NCBI RefSeq assembly: GCF_006345805.1
Contig: NC_042997.1
Location: 63,798,001 to 63,862,000, forward strand
Source of the DNA: Octopus sinensis
Taxonomy: Eukaryota
Direction of reading: 5' to 3'
Length of the DNA stretch: 64,000 bases
Position 1 is the first letter of the stretch; each line of letters begins with the position of its first letter. This document shows, one piece after another, positions 26,201 through 38,978 of this stretch. The notes beneath the pieces are model-generated. The model did no database searches. It was not told the DNA's origin and saw only the letters and a program-made list of their open reading frames with translations. The position numbers were made by a program, and so were the translations under genes.

Positions 26201-26679
26201 TTTACAATGTGATTCGCTCCCGAATGAAGATGTTATAGATTTGCTCATTATATACAAATATATATTTTCATCGGCGTATCGAATCAAATATGAAGATATT
26301 AACTTTAAATATAATATGCCACAGTCTAAATAGTCAAACTGTCATGGTTTTCACCTATTTATGCCTCATCAGGCTCGATATGCTCTGAAATACATGTATT
26401 CTCTTTATCATTCAATTTATAGAACAACAAAAGTCTTTCGTTTTTCTGTATTTAGTTTTGTGATTAGAGTTAAGCCCAACGTAGTGACTGAAACTGAAAA
26501 TGTGATGAAAATCGCTACTAAAAATTAATTTTCATGAGTAGCAAGTCACGCGCCTTACAATACATTTTACCATATACATGCGAACATACACTTCCAAATA
26601 TACTTATAATCCCACACAAAACGCACAAGTTTCCACAAATACTCATTTCTAAGCATATATTCACATATGCATGCCTGCA

Positions 26680-26736
26680 CACACTCATTTCTCTCTCTCT
26701 CTCTCTCTTCCTTTCTCTGTACATATATATATATAT

Positions 26737-26768
<32 letters not shown>

Positions 26769-26779
26769 ATATATATTTA

Positions 26780-26820
<41 letters not shown>

Positions 26821-26942
26821 TATATATAATATATATATATATACATATATACATATAAGCATATATATATATGCATATATATGTGTAAATATATGTATAT
26901 ATAATTATGCATATATTTACATAAATGTATATGTGTGTGTGT
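26680..26942. repeat. (TC)n/(TA)n microsatellite
   Basis: Directly visible. Confidence 0.95.
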
Positions 26943-28624
26943 GAATCAGCTAACTTCGTAATAAAATCGTCTTTACAATCGTGTATGACGTCATAACAAC
27001 GTGACCATTAGCATCATCATCATCAAATTTACCACCCCATCATCATCACTTCTAATCGTCGTCATCGTTGTCCTTTTCTATCACTTTTGTAAAATAAATT
27101 TCCTAGCTCCCATCTATTTATTTGTAACGTTTCTCGTCATGTGAATAATGTCGAAAAAAAGATATAAACTTTAATTATTTTCCAACATATAAATTTCACA
27201 GCCATTAGCTGAGGTGGTTGAGGTAGTTGCTTGATCTTGGTCACCGTCATCTCTTGCCTTCAGAAATAAAGAAAAAAATTGTACGTTATTCTACTTCTCG
27301 GTCATTGTTATCTCAATGATCGAAAATTATAGTTACCTAGATTGTTATTTAGTTTAATTTTAGTGACAAGAAATGTAACATAACCGTTATAACCGTTTTG
27401 CAAGGCTCGGTCATTGCTGATCAGACATTGCATGTAATAAATTTTCAGATGGTGAACATTATGACAAAATTAATAAATTCTTCTGACTTGTCGAGATGGC
27501 TTCCTTATTTTTCGTAGGGATACATCTTTTTACCTATAGAGACTTCAACTCTTAACTGATAGTTGCATATCTTAATGAGTGCCTGGACATGTATTTCTAT
27601 TAATTTCTATATCTTAAATATATGAATTTTGAATATTCTTCAACTTACGAATAACATATTTACATTTTCGGTGGCTGATGTTTTGCAGTAGCGATAAACC
27701 TCTTTAGAAATTAAGTTCATGTGATTTAAATCTCCTTATTTTTAAGGCATTTCAGAAAGCGTTTTGTATACGCATCAATGATAGACTCGTCCCTAGAATC
27801 GTTAATTATTTAGTGACATCTCCAAGACAAAGAAGATTACAAATGATCCTTTTGAAAAACGTCACAAGATGTAAATGAACTACGACGACTAAACTCGATA
27901 AAATAAATAATTATGTTTCAAGGGTCATAATTTTATGTATAAACCTGTCGAATTAGTCATATGAAAAAGTAATGTATTCATTTTATTGTTCTCATGCGAG
28001 AAGTAGTTAGGAATTATGAAGGTCATATAACTTTTCCTCTGATTCATCATAAGCATCAACAGATACATTAACGTTAAATAATATTAATTTCTAGATATTT
28101 CTTTAAAAGTCACAAACTTATAGGCAGTCTTTAAAGCTGATTTAATCTTTGTCATAAGGTACGTAGATATGATGGATGGAAATGTAAAAGTATTCATCGT
28201 ACACTGTAATATCGGAAGATGTTCCTATGCAGCTAAATTGTTTAATTTGGCGGTTTCGACTTCGGCCAGTTCAATGTCTTTAACAATGTGTATGGGTTTA
28301 TTATGCGGTTAAGAATTCCGCTCAGTAACTACTTGTTCTTGGCTTCTTTTCCACAATGTAGCTTAATTGGTAACATTCTACTGTGATAGACTTGGACTGA
28401 CAAATGTCATACAAGTAAAATTTGACAGGGTGTAAAATTCCATTGTAGGAACGGTTCTTCTTGGATGGTGGATTTAATATGTCGTTCTGTTTAACATACA
28501 CCACCTGGCCATTGGGCATTTATAGTAGAGAAAACGTTTTCGAGGTATTAATGACAGATCTCCAGTCTGCACATTAATTCTTTAGTTCTCCCAAACGATA
28601 CTATGGTTTTGGGGTTGAGCAAAG

Positions 28625-28772
28625 TTGAATGAAATCGACTTCCATCTCTTCACAGGTATTTAGTTTATCGATCACCCAAAGAGCAAAGCGAAAAGTTGAC
28701 CTTCGCGGGATATGGATTCAGAATATAAAGGCGCGTAATGAAATACCAGAAAGCATTCTGTCTTATGCTTGA
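28625..28772 (-). mobile_element. Degenerate SINE family 2 copy
   Basis: aaatcgact...ttatcgat...aagttgaccttcgcgg...aaatacc matches the reverse complement of the 13.2-kb units. Confidence 0.6.
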
Positions 28773-29110
28773 AAAAATCGTCCAATATACAATCCATATT
28801 AATCGATATTTTTGACAATTTCTTGTAAATTTCATGGCTAACTATTTGAGAATATATGTAGTTTTCGGCTACGTAATCTGGTGCTGTAAATTTGCCGAAG
28901 GTGCAATCGGGTTAGGTCATGAGTTGAATAATTTCTTTATACATTCGTCAAATAGAGTTGAAGTACTTTTGGGATGGATTAAGTCTTTTATCTTTTAGGG
29001 ATAAGTATGAATATTAAGTGGCATAGTAAAAAATATTTGTGTTGTTGTCCGTAATTGTCTTCGTCGGTATAGTGCTCATTTGCGTTACCTAATTTAACTG
29101 TTTTATAAAA

Positions 29111-29282
29111 CCTTTCTACTATAGGCATAAGGCCTGATATTTTATGGCAAGGGAGTTAGTTGATGACATCAACCTCAGAGCTCAAAAAAATAAAACGTAA
29201 AGTTGGCCTCGGCGGAATTTGAATGTAAAAGCGGATGAAATGCCGTGAAACATTTCGTACGATTTTGCTAGCCAGCTGCCTT
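29111..29282 (-). mobile_element. SINE family 2 copy with internal deletion
   Basis: cctttctactataggcataaggcctg tail and gcctcggcggaatttgaa B-box region, homologous to 43481-43687. Confidence 0.7.
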
Positions 29283-30679
29283 TAACTGTCCCATAAATAA
29301 GAATGGATAAAATCAGTGCTAAACTGAAATACGTACTGTGGTCATACTATGACGGACTAAGATGTTTGACGATAGTGCTTTAGCATAGCCGCAGTTTAAT
29401 TCAAAGAATCTGTTAGAAAATTATTTTTGAAGCTATTGAACAGATTTTATACTTATGTTATTACTTACACGTGCCAGTATTCAGCGTTAGCCAGTTCTAA
29501 GATAGATAAGTGGAAGCTGGTGGCAAATACATGATGTATTTATCATGTTTATAAGTAACATTTGTAAAGGAAATTATTTGCTGCCTGCTGAGGAAAGTGG
29601 CTTAAAAACTTAATTGGTCGAGAAATATTAATAATAGTCTAATATATTTTCATATAATAAACAATTGTAGAGAAGGCCTAGAGCCAATCGAAGTATATGT
29701 GTAATGCCAATCAGAGCGGGTTGTGAACAACAATCTCAGCAGGCTTCATTTGAAATTAAACATGCTGTGGTTCGGTAACGAAGTAATTTAGAGATATGTA
29801 TTCACGCTCCATTATTATTGTCTTTCTTTATGCTCCTTTTCTTAAACTGTTTTCTAACTATATAAGAAGTCACAACCATTATGGTGAAAGAGCGTAGTCT
29901 TATTTATGGTTACTGTTTCACCACAAGCCAGCCATAATCTAGTAAGTAGAGGATTAAATGAATTGCTGCCGTGTTCGTGTGTTACGTTTTGCATATTAGA
30001 AACGTTGTTAACGTATTCTGCGAGTGCGATTTGAGGAAAATCTGGCTGCTCTCTATATGAGGTTAAGCAGATGCATAGTGACTCTTCATTGTTGGGCTTC
30101 GTTCATATTTTATAAAGTCGACCTTGGCACATTTGGATATTGTTAAAACACGAAATTACATAACGAAGGTGATATTTGCTGTCACTCGTCCCAAAACACC
30201 ATTAATCTTTATTAGGAAATAATGATCTCTTATATCATCTTGTAGATTATGAAAATGGCATATATTTGTAAAGGGTGGATCTGGCCGATACAGCCATTCT
30301 AAGAATACAAAGGCAAGTTATTTTAGCAAAATTGAAAAAATTCATATAGGAAGTGGGAACTAAGATTTTGAACTGAGAACAAAAATAAATTGATAATTAG
30401 CACATTACTCTGATTATGTATCAACTATTTCGCTGTTGTATTTCTTTTAACCAGAGTCATTTATTTCTTAATACTGTACAATGTCCAGAAATATAAAAAA
30501 TAAAGTTGACTCAGCGGAATTCTAATTAAGAATGTAAAAACTAGGAACACAATACTGCAAGAAATGTTTTCCTAATGCTGCCTCGATCTCTGCCAATATA
30601 AAGCTGACAATTCTTTTTTCTAATAAAGTTATAATGTGTAAGCAATAACTGTGTAGGTGGGTGTTAACCGTTACCATCG

Positions 30680-31000
30680 ACGCCAGTAATTGAGCTTTCA
30701 CATACATTATCAGTCCCTGAGGGACATGAGTAAAAGTTGTCTTTAATGGGGTTTGAACTTACAATTTTAAGTGCTGTAAAAATTACTGCAACTTATTCCG
30801 TCGCTCAAGCAATAAGACTAATCCTCCACGCCGAATAATTTGTTTCTAATATAGGAACAAGGCCACAGGCTTTCAGGGAACTTCAGTTATTGGGTGTTAC
30901 GATGGTGTATCGACTATAAAATGAACGAAACTAATGTTGACCACCGCGGGATTTGTAGAAAGGTAAAGAAAGAGACGGAGCAAAATCCTAAAATCTACTT
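30680..31000 (-). mobile_element. Two highly degenerate SINE family 2 copies
   Basis: Partial matches: gggtttgaact...ctccacgcc and tttctaatataggaacaaggcc...gttgaccaccgcgggattt. Confidence 0.45.
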
Positions 31001-31037
31001 TTCTGATGTACTATTGATTCAAGCAGTTACCACCTTT

Positions 31038-31053
31038 ATACTACTACTACTAC

Positions 31054-31116
<63 letters not shown>

Positions 31117-31190
31117 CGCTGCTGCTGCTGCTACTACTACTACTACTACTAATAATAATAATGATGATGATGATGACGACGATGGTGATG

Positions 31191-31229
<39 letters not shown>

Positions 31230-31245
31230 TCAATAATAACAACGC
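31038..31245. repeat. Compound trinucleotide repeat (TAC)n-(GCT)n-(TAA)n-(TGA)n
   Basis: Directly visible. It explains the poly-L/I/M ORF 30894-31280. Confidence 0.95.
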
Positions 31246-32160
31246 TGATTTCTTTTATTAACCTCGGTGGTATAGATTAGAGGGACATCATACAGGCAGT
31301 TTACTATTTGTATGAGAGTTTACATGAAAGTTGATAGGATAGAATTGGAAAAGCCAGTGTAATGTTATAAAAGTATACATAGTATACACTATATGTGATA
31401 ACATGAATCATGCAATCCTCCTGTTAAAACTGGGGCTAATGAAGGGACAGCTAAGGACAATGAAGAAAACCCATAAGTCTAGGAATACACTGACTATCAA
31501 AAGCATGAGCTGTCGCCTAACTTTCATTTTCCAATTTACAGTGACGTGCTTAGCTTGGTCCATTCACCTTCACCATTTTTGCCACAGTCACCCAACTTTT
31601 TGTCGAATTCACTAGGGAATAGCACCTCCCTCACCACTCACCCTTCCAAATGAAACTTCAAAAAAAATCGATGATGCGGGGTGCCAATCTTTTCAGCCTG
31701 TATCACAGTACAACCTCTTTAGGCATAGTTACAAGACAGGGAAACACTGCTACTTCTGGTTTGTTAAAGGTGGTTGGTAGGACGATTCTAACAATGGATT
31801 CGGCTAATTGACGGATTTCTCCTATAAGTGATAGCATCTTTTAGATACAACTCCACGAATTAGACATTCTCAGATCCCGAACGAGTGCAAGCAGTACGGT
31901 ATCGTCGTCCTGCGCATATCTCAGGCATCCCAACTACATGGTGTATCCGTGATGTAGAGTTTATCCCGAACCAGCAGTGGTCCTTGGTAACATTGCCCGA
32001 CCAGGATATTTGGACGTTAACCTAGATAGTTCAAGGCCCGAAAGTCCTTCGAAATAGACCAGCTACTTCATCCTCTTCGACGCCCATAGTTTCCTAAAGA
32101 ATGTCATAGCTCTTACTCATCACTAAAGTCCATCAAGTAAAGAAATGCCATATAATCAAC
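31246..32160 (-). mobile_element. 5'-truncated L1/Tx1-like LINE: ORF2 C-terminus and 3' UTR
   Basis: Reading across frameshifts gives MGVEEDEVAGLFRRTFG / QCYQGPLLVRDKLY / HG...CLRYAQDDDTVLLAL (decayed Cys/His finger) / AESIVRIV...AVFPCLV...KEVV / FLKFHL...WVTVAKMVKVNG. The 3' end is aataaaagaaatca. Internal homology to 33626-33912 and 37100-37530. Clade assignment is from recall. Confidence 0.65.
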
Positions 32161-32999
32161 ATTATTCTCTAGTATTAAAACTAATCGGCCAGATAATGTT
32201 GTCAAGGATGCCTGAATAAAATAAATCCAATCTAATCGACATGTCAGTCCCAACAGATGACAATGTATTTTTCAAGTAACTAAATATACTCTTCGTATAC
32301 AAATATCTAAAAATAGAGATAACCCAAATGTGAAACCTGAAGGCAAAAAACAACCTTTGTAAATATAGGTACTTTAAGTACGGTGTAAAAAAACATGCAA
32401 ATACATAACCAACACTCCAGAATTTATGAATATGTATATATTCCATACCAAAAACACCAATTATTAGGACAATAGAAAGACAAAGGATTGCGAGGATTTA
32501 CATAGACACCTCTAAGCAACAAATTTCAGTAACAACGTGAGAAATATAGCAATAAAATGCGCCGAAAGGAGTGAAACGCCACTAGGGGCGACGAAGAAAT
32601 CCTACAGAACAAGAATAAAACATCACTTCTCCGTAAATTTCAGACTACAGAAGCACGCTTAGAATTAGTTCATTCACTCCTACCCTCTACAGAGTGTTAC
32701 AAAGTAACAAGGAAGGCAGCATCGCCCTCTAATCATTACTTTCTTTACCAAGTGGAGCTTCAAAAAAGTTGATGAGAACTTGTACGAAAAGCAAATGTGT
32801 ACCCTCATTGCTGTCAATCGTGTTAGCTCATCTTCAACATGGACACTAATCGTAGGAAATATCCTGCCCTTCTCTGCCACAAGAAGGCGGCGGGAAGACC
32901 ATTATGACTAGCAGAGGACGGTGAGCATTTGCCGGCGCTCTTGGTACCAAGCACCTACGCTGTGCAGCTACCCATCTTCCTCATTTTCCACCGCCTCCT

Positions 33000-33002
<3 letters not shown>

Positions 33003-33043
<41 letters not shown>

Positions 33044-33050
33044 GCTGCTG

Positions 33051-33115
<65 letters not shown>
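33003..33115. repeat. (CTG)n followed by (CTA)n
   Basis: Directly visible. Confidence 0.95.
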
Positions 33116-33116
<1 letters not shown>

Positions 33117-33352
33117 AACCCCAAACTTTGTTGGCAAGTACACCTACATCCTTACAAAAACCCTATAAATTAAAATGTTTGTGTCCTGACGTATTATATG
33201 AATGTGTTTCTGCTATGCGCTCCGCCGCCCAAGCTTTCGGTTATATTTAAATCTCTCATGACCTTCACTTGCCCTAGGGCATCTCCCAGCAAGTGATTGT
33301 ATTCATCCTGCTCATTAAAGTAAAAAATAACAACAAGAAAACCCTCTACATG

Positions 33353-33600
33353 ATAGAACACAGTCGGCCAGATATTTTCGTCTTAGATAGAAAAGATAGA
33401 AAATGTGACATTATTGACACAGCAATCATCAACGACAAGAACATGAAGACGTAAAGGAGGAGAGGAAGTAACTGACTTCCTCGGACTGTAAAGAAAAATA
33501 AAGAAGCATACGAGAAGCAAGTGTAAAGCAAATCGTAGCGGACGCGTTTTGAATGATGGCTGCTAATCTCATAGCCTGAGCGCATGAAGTAAAACACAGC
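33353..33600 (+). mobile_element. Degenerate R4/Dong-type non-LTR retrotransposon fragment (restriction-like endonuclease)
   Basis: IEHSRPDIFVLDRKDRKCDIIDTAIINDKN carries the RPD...D pattern and is homologous to 42984-43217. Confidence 0.7.
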
Positions 33601-33625
33601 GTAGTGTGTAGCTCCATTTGTAATA

Positions 33626-33912
33626 ATATTTCCTTTATTGGCCACAAAGATCGAACACAAAACGAAAATGTGCAATACAAAACAAAGGATGGGGGAGGTT
33701 ACCACAGAAATACAATAAAACAATAACAATTAACAACACAATTTCAATAATGAAATTCTCCAAAAGTTCCTCCTGGGTTAACCAAGGACCTTTACTGAAC
33801 CTGGTTACTCTGAGCGCCAAGCGCACCTCAAACGGGCATTTCTTTCCTGTTCAAGCCCCTCTGGCCTTCAGATGTATGTTTAAAGCAGCCCCATTCACAC
33901 GGAGCCAATACT
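33626..33912 (-). mobile_element. Extreme 3' end of an L1/Tx1-like LINE
   Basis: RVNGAALNIHL resembles KVNG.. at the end of the 31.5-kb copy. It is followed by a T-rich UTR ending ttgtggccaataaaggaaata. Confidence 0.5.
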
Positions 33913-33914
33913 TA

Positions 33915-34052
33915 GAAGAAGAAGAAGAAGAAGAGAAGAAGAAGAAGAAGAAGAAGAAGAAGAAGAAGAAGAAGAAGAAGAAGAAGAAGAAGAAAAAGAA
34001 AAAGAAGAAGAAGAGAAAGAGGAGGAGGAGGAGGAAGAAAAAGAAGAAGCGG
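33915..34052. repeat. (GAA)n/(GGA)n microsatellite
   Basis: Directly visible. It explains the poly-E/K/R ORF 33750-34121. Confidence 0.95.
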
Positions 34053-34154
34053 GGAGGTTTCTTAATTTTGGCCCAGCAGCAACTGGTGATCAAATTAGAA
34101 AGAAAGAAGGAAATGTACTAATATGTTAAAGACAAAACGAACCCCACATACATA

Positions 34155-34189
<35 letters not shown>

Positions 34190-34687
34190 ACACACACATA
34201 CAAACATACAGAGGAATGTATAGAAACCCATGTTTGAAATAAGGCAAGACATTGCAAATCGTAATTTCTGAAATTGTAATTTGTACTTGAATTTGGTATT
34301 ACACATTTTTCTGCATATACATCATACGTACGCACAGACCTACATACGTACACGCATAGATACATGCATATACATATATATTCGTATATATATATATATA
34401 TATATTACAAAACAGATTCATACAAATAATACAGTCTCGGTGTCGACGAAATCTACAGGAGCAAAATGTTTTGTTCGTGCCGAAATGAAATATATATGTG
34501 TGTGTGTGTGTGTGTAACTGTTTGACTCGGCTGCATTCAACTTCAAAATGTCGTACGATCGTAGAACAAACCTAGCACGTCACCAGGTAACTGGAGATTA
34601 ACTCAACCTGTTGTTAAATGATACATGTACCTTCTCCCAAATTGCCGATTGCCACTTTCATTCATTTGTGGACTAGCTCATATATGC

Positions 34688-35017
34688 TGTGAGGGCGCGT
34701 GGCTTAGTGGTTAGGGCATTCGGCTCATGATCGTAAGGTTGTGAGTTCGATTCCCGGCGACGCGTTGTGTCCTTGAGCAAGACGCTTTATTTCACGTTGC
34801 TCCAGTCCACTCAGCTGGCAAAAATGAGTTGTACTTGTATTTCAAAGGGTCAGCCTTGTCACTCTCTGTGTCACGCTGATTATCCCCGAGAACTACGTTA
34901 AGGGTACACGTGTCTGTGGAATGCTCAGCCATTTGCACGTTAATTTCACGAGCAAGCTGTTCCGTTGATCGTATCAGCTGGGACCCTCGTCGTCGTAACC
35001 GGCGGAGTCTTTTTTTA
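34688..35017 (+). mobile_element. Intact tRNA-derived SINE, family 3, with 13-bp TSD
   Basis: A-box tggcttagtgg, B-box gagttcgattccc, a tRNA-like arm with CAT in the loop, then gtccttgagcaag and a T-run end. Perfect direct repeat agctcatatatgc at 34675-34687 and 35018-35030. Confidence 0.92.
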
Positions 35018-35269
35018 AGCTCATATATGCATAACTAATCCGAATAACGATAAATGCAACATTCTGACCAGTAATCACGGTTGTATATAGATAAAACCAC
35101 TGTGTTTTCTGTAAATATACAAATGTATATAGAAGTGCAAATACTAATAACGTTATGAATATAATATAAATATTAGTTTTTTATTGAGTGGGGGCGACGT
35201 CACACGTTTCACGTAGCATCCTACACTTGTCACCAGGGTAGGATCGTCGATTATATCCCCATAATGTAT

Positions 35270-35287
35270 GTATATATATATATAATA

Positions 35288-35325
<38 letters not shown>

Positions 35326-35332
35326 TATATAC

Positions 35333-35417
<85 letters not shown>
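35270..35417. repeat. (TA)n/(GATA)n microsatellite
   Basis: Directly visible. Confidence 0.95.
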
Positions 35418-35623
35418 CTGGGTTGTACAGTTTCATATGAAATCTGAACTGGTTCTCATTTCGCCTGCAGAAATATCATTACAAAGTTTTGTTTGATGCA
35501 TTAACGATTCTATTGTTGCGATGCATTTGCTAGAGGCCAAAAGTTAATTTATGTTAAATACTAATATATATTCATAAGTACCTTACCACGCATGTTTTAC
35601 GTTTATATTTTAACATATATTAA

Positions 35624-35830
35624 GGCGGCGATCCGTTAGAATCGTGAGCACGTATGGCAAAATACTCAGCTTTATTTCGACCGTTCGAGTACAAAATCCG
35701 CCGAGATTGACTTTGCTTTTCATATCTTTTGTGATTAATGAAGTGATACCAGTTGAGCAATGGGATCCATACAATCGACCACTTGTCCAATAAAATTTCA
35801 AGCCTTGTCCCAATAGTAGAAAGAAATATT
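35624..35830 (+). mobile_element. SINE family 2, full length, diverged
   Basis: ggcggcga...agaatcgtgagcacg head and aatttcaagccttgtcccaatagtagaaag tail. Confidence 0.75.
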
Positions 35831-35869
35831 TTAACCTGTATATTAGATTGCATTATTATATGCCCTTAA

Positions 35870-36070
35870 GGCTGCATGAAGACAGAATCGTTAGCGCATC
35901 GGACAACATGTTCCACAGCGTTTCTTCCAGTTTTACGTTCCGGTGAGGTCGAATTTTCTTTTCTTCATTTCAGGGTTGATAAATTAAATGCCATTGGGCT
36001 CTGGAGTCGATTACATCGATAATTCCCCTGCACTAGAATTTCAGGTTTTGTCCCTGCGGTAGAAAAAAAA
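35870..36070 (+). mobile_element. SINE family 2, second adjacent copy
   Basis: cagaatcgttagcgc...gaggtcgaatttt...gggttgataaatt...aatttcaggttttgtccc. Confidence 0.7.
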
Positions 36071-36419
36071 TTGATGTACCCTGTATTATATGGTAAGATA
36101 TGAAATTCAAATAAATATACAAATACCAACATTCATGTATACACACAAACATCAAGCGCTTGTGCGTATGTGTGCTTTCGTTATTATTTTTTTAAAGCTA
36201 ATTTAAGAAATAGAAGAGAATCAAAGTTGAGTTTCACCTTCATTATAAATTTTCGAGATGAATGAGACATTAAGTTTCACCTGATAGCTTATTTATAGAA
36301 ACTGAGTGAACAAGCCTTTAGGCGAAAGTTAAGGTCTCTGTTAATAGGATTTTATATCTTCGCACTGAAACACATACATGCATGCATTCATATACATACG
36401 GTAAAATGCATACACATAT

Positions 36420-36429
36420 ATACTATGCA

Positions 36430-36496
<67 letters not shown>

Positions 36497-36513
36497 TATA
36501 TATATATATATAT

Positions 36514-36558
<45 letters not shown>

Positions 36559-36655
36559 ATATATATGTATGAGTGTGTGTGTGTATACATACAAACACAT
36601 ACATAAAAGATATATTTATATATATATATATATTATATATATATATATACATATT
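36420..36655. repeat. (TA)n microsatellite
   Basis: Directly visible. Confidence 0.95.
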
Positions 36656-37099
36656 TACTGAGAAAATACAAAGTGTAATGAGAATTAGCGCATTGCATGC
36701 ATATAAATATGCCAACTTTCGCAGAGGAGCATTAGAATAATTGTAGAATTACGCCCACACACTGCCTCTTGTTTCTCCCCCTATTCCGCCTTCAAGCTTA
36801 ACTGAAAAGTCGCTCCTCTAACAAATATAAGTATACCATATCATGCCATCCAGTTTTTATAAAATATAGTTGTGAAAAATCATTTTACATACTGAAGAGA
36901 AATTGTTAGAGAGGCGAAGCCAAGTATCCATTCCTTCAATCATGTTAATAATATTACCTTTTTAAGCCATCAAGACTGCTTTTCTTGTTAATAGTTCGGG
37001 TCCCTTTTTACTATATACTTGATTTGTAACCGAATCATTCTTACGGGCTTTAATAATTAATCGATATAATTCCATATATAGTTATCTGTAGATACTGAT

Positions 37100-37530
37100 G
37101 CAGAGAAACGTGGAGAGTAGCAATACATACTCTGTGGATTTCAGACAGTTTTGTTTGATGAGAGTGACTTATTGTAGAACTTATCCTGAACTAGTTGCCC
37201 TTCTCGTAGTGATAGTATCGCTACATCAGATATGTTTAAAAACTGGTTTTAAAAGTTTAGACCTCAGAATCTTCAGGAAACACTACTGAGAATATGTCAT
37301 ATGAAAGCGTTTCCTAGATCATCAGTAAAAGCCCAGCAAGCCGTACTTTCCAATAGAAAAAAGCACCTAAGAGTATCTGAAATATCAAATGCCCTCCCCG
37401 GTGGCAGCATTGACGAGGGTTTCAGGTCAGTGAAAGAGATGAACTGTGGAAGAAAAAAGAGTCTATTCACCGTCGATGAATTTATGAAGAAGTCGCAGCA
37501 TTAGTGCTCGTCTGGTACTAGACAACTTAA
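37100..37530 (-). mobile_element. Highly decayed L1/Tx1-like ORF2 fragment
   Basis: ALMLRLLHKFIDGE / LPQFISFTDL / QLVQDKFY. The sequence ctagttcaggataagttctaca aligns with ctggttcgggataaactctaca in the 31.2-32.2 kb copy. Confidence 0.5.
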
Positions 37531-38851
37531 ACTGAACATATGCAATGTCCAGAACTTGCTACCATATAACAAGTTAACATATGTGTTCTAGTTAATTTAT
37601 GCACATTTTATAACCTCTTATGTTTTAATTTGCTTCGTGTCACCTCGATAATTTTGAAACAGTGCCTATCGTCTGCATTTTTTAGACACCACGCAACTGC
37701 TCAGACGTTCCAGCCGAAGGCCTGTTTAACTCCATCACTTTCATGTGAAAAAGTATTTTAATCTCGTAGTACAGTAAGATGCCTGGAAATTTTATGAGAC
37801 TATAGAAAATAATTTCTGCATAAGGTTATTAACTACAGAATAACATGCATACACACATACATACCGGATTGAATGGTACCGCCGCATTGAATGCTACAGC
37901 CCAGGTGTCGAAACCATAGTGATATCCGTGGGGCAGCTGATGATGGGGATGTGTTAGGTTGGTATAGCTGTTATTGTACGTGCAAAATAGTTTAATTTAT
38001 GGCTTAGTGGGAGAGAGGAAGGCAGAGCATATCCGTTAGAGGATATTTAGGTCAGTTGTAAGAAGAGAAGAAATTGTCTCAGGTTTAAAGATATATTTCA
38101 AAAACTTTCTACAGAACTGACTCTGTAAAAATCTCCCACAAAACCAGTGTAGGTGCTAATGATCACAAATATAGTGTCACTGTTGTATTACGAACAGGGC
38201 TCAAACTACCCCTGCTAAAGTAAAGAGTATAGTAAAAAATGTTTTAACTTTGTATATTTAAGTATCATTATAGAAATGAACAAGTTATTGCTATACAGTT
38301 CAGAGTTCCTTTTTTTCAAACTATTCCCGAGGAGTAAAATGGCAAGTGGTCCCCTCTCCTCCGTACGTTTCAGGCTACAAGATTGCCGGTACTCCATAGA
38401 TTTAATTCCTTAATTTCCACAATTCAGGGTGGCAAAAGTCGCTTGATGTCTAAGAAGTAGCATTTACTGTATTCTTGCATTTCTTTCTTTCCCAGTTTAG
38501 CAAAATGTTGAATATATAATTTGGTTATATAACTGACTACTTGCCTTCAACAGGAATATACATAAAAATTTGACATGAGGAGCACTAGTCAAAGTAATTA
38601 TCCGAGAAGAAAAGACGTAGTGATGGGCTCTTATAACAATATATTTATAACGAAACACACAGTTTAGAATATTGTAAGAAACCATGGGTAATAAAATCAC
38701 TCTGTGTAAAATCTGTTTATCTTTGGTTAAAATAATCTGTGATGACTTTTCTTACGCCTCTTCGTGAAAGAAGAGCTTATTTTCAGATGTTTGAAAACCA
38801 CTCAGGTTGCCACATTTGCTGCGGCTAATTCAAAGAAAATAACGTAAGAAT

Positions 38852-38878
38852 CTACAACAACAACAACTACTACTACTA

Positions 38879-38911
<33 letters not shown>

Positions 38912-38978
38912 TTGCTGCCACTGTTGCTGCAGCTACCACTGCTGCTGCTACTGCTGCTACTGCTATTGCTGCTGCCAT
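38852..38978. repeat. (CAA)n-(CTA)n-(CTG)n compound repeat
   Basis: Directly visible. It explains the poly-A/V ORF 38802-39002. Confidence 0.93.

Noticed and set aside
26984-26995. Perfect CRE palindrome tatgacgtcata
   Set aside because: A single 8-mer site is expected about once per window of this size, and no promoter is established.
31400-31650. Plus-strand S/P-rich reading suggesting a host pseudogene
   Set aside because: It is the antisense shadow of the minus-strand LINE ORF2 end and 3' UTR.
32570-32602. ccgaaagg...gaaacgcc-actagg-ggcgac hammerhead-like hairpins
   Set aside because: There is no CUGANGA and no valid NUH triplet.
33915-34030. (TTC)n at the 5' junction of the Tx1-like fragment as a sign of microsatellite-targeted insertion
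   Set aside because: The repeat is absent at the 3' junction and from the other two Tx1-like copies.
34691-34765. Possible tRNA-Met gene (CAT loop, A and B boxes)
   Set aside because: It has no complementary 3' acceptor strand, continues into a SINE body and is bounded by a TSD, so it is a SINE head.
36302-36335. Hammerhead-like gcc-ttta-ggc-gaaa-gtt; similar traces near 26345-26372 (minus) and 50325-50348
   Set aside because: The cores are disrupted or the helices incomplete. At best these are decayed remnants and cannot be supported individually.
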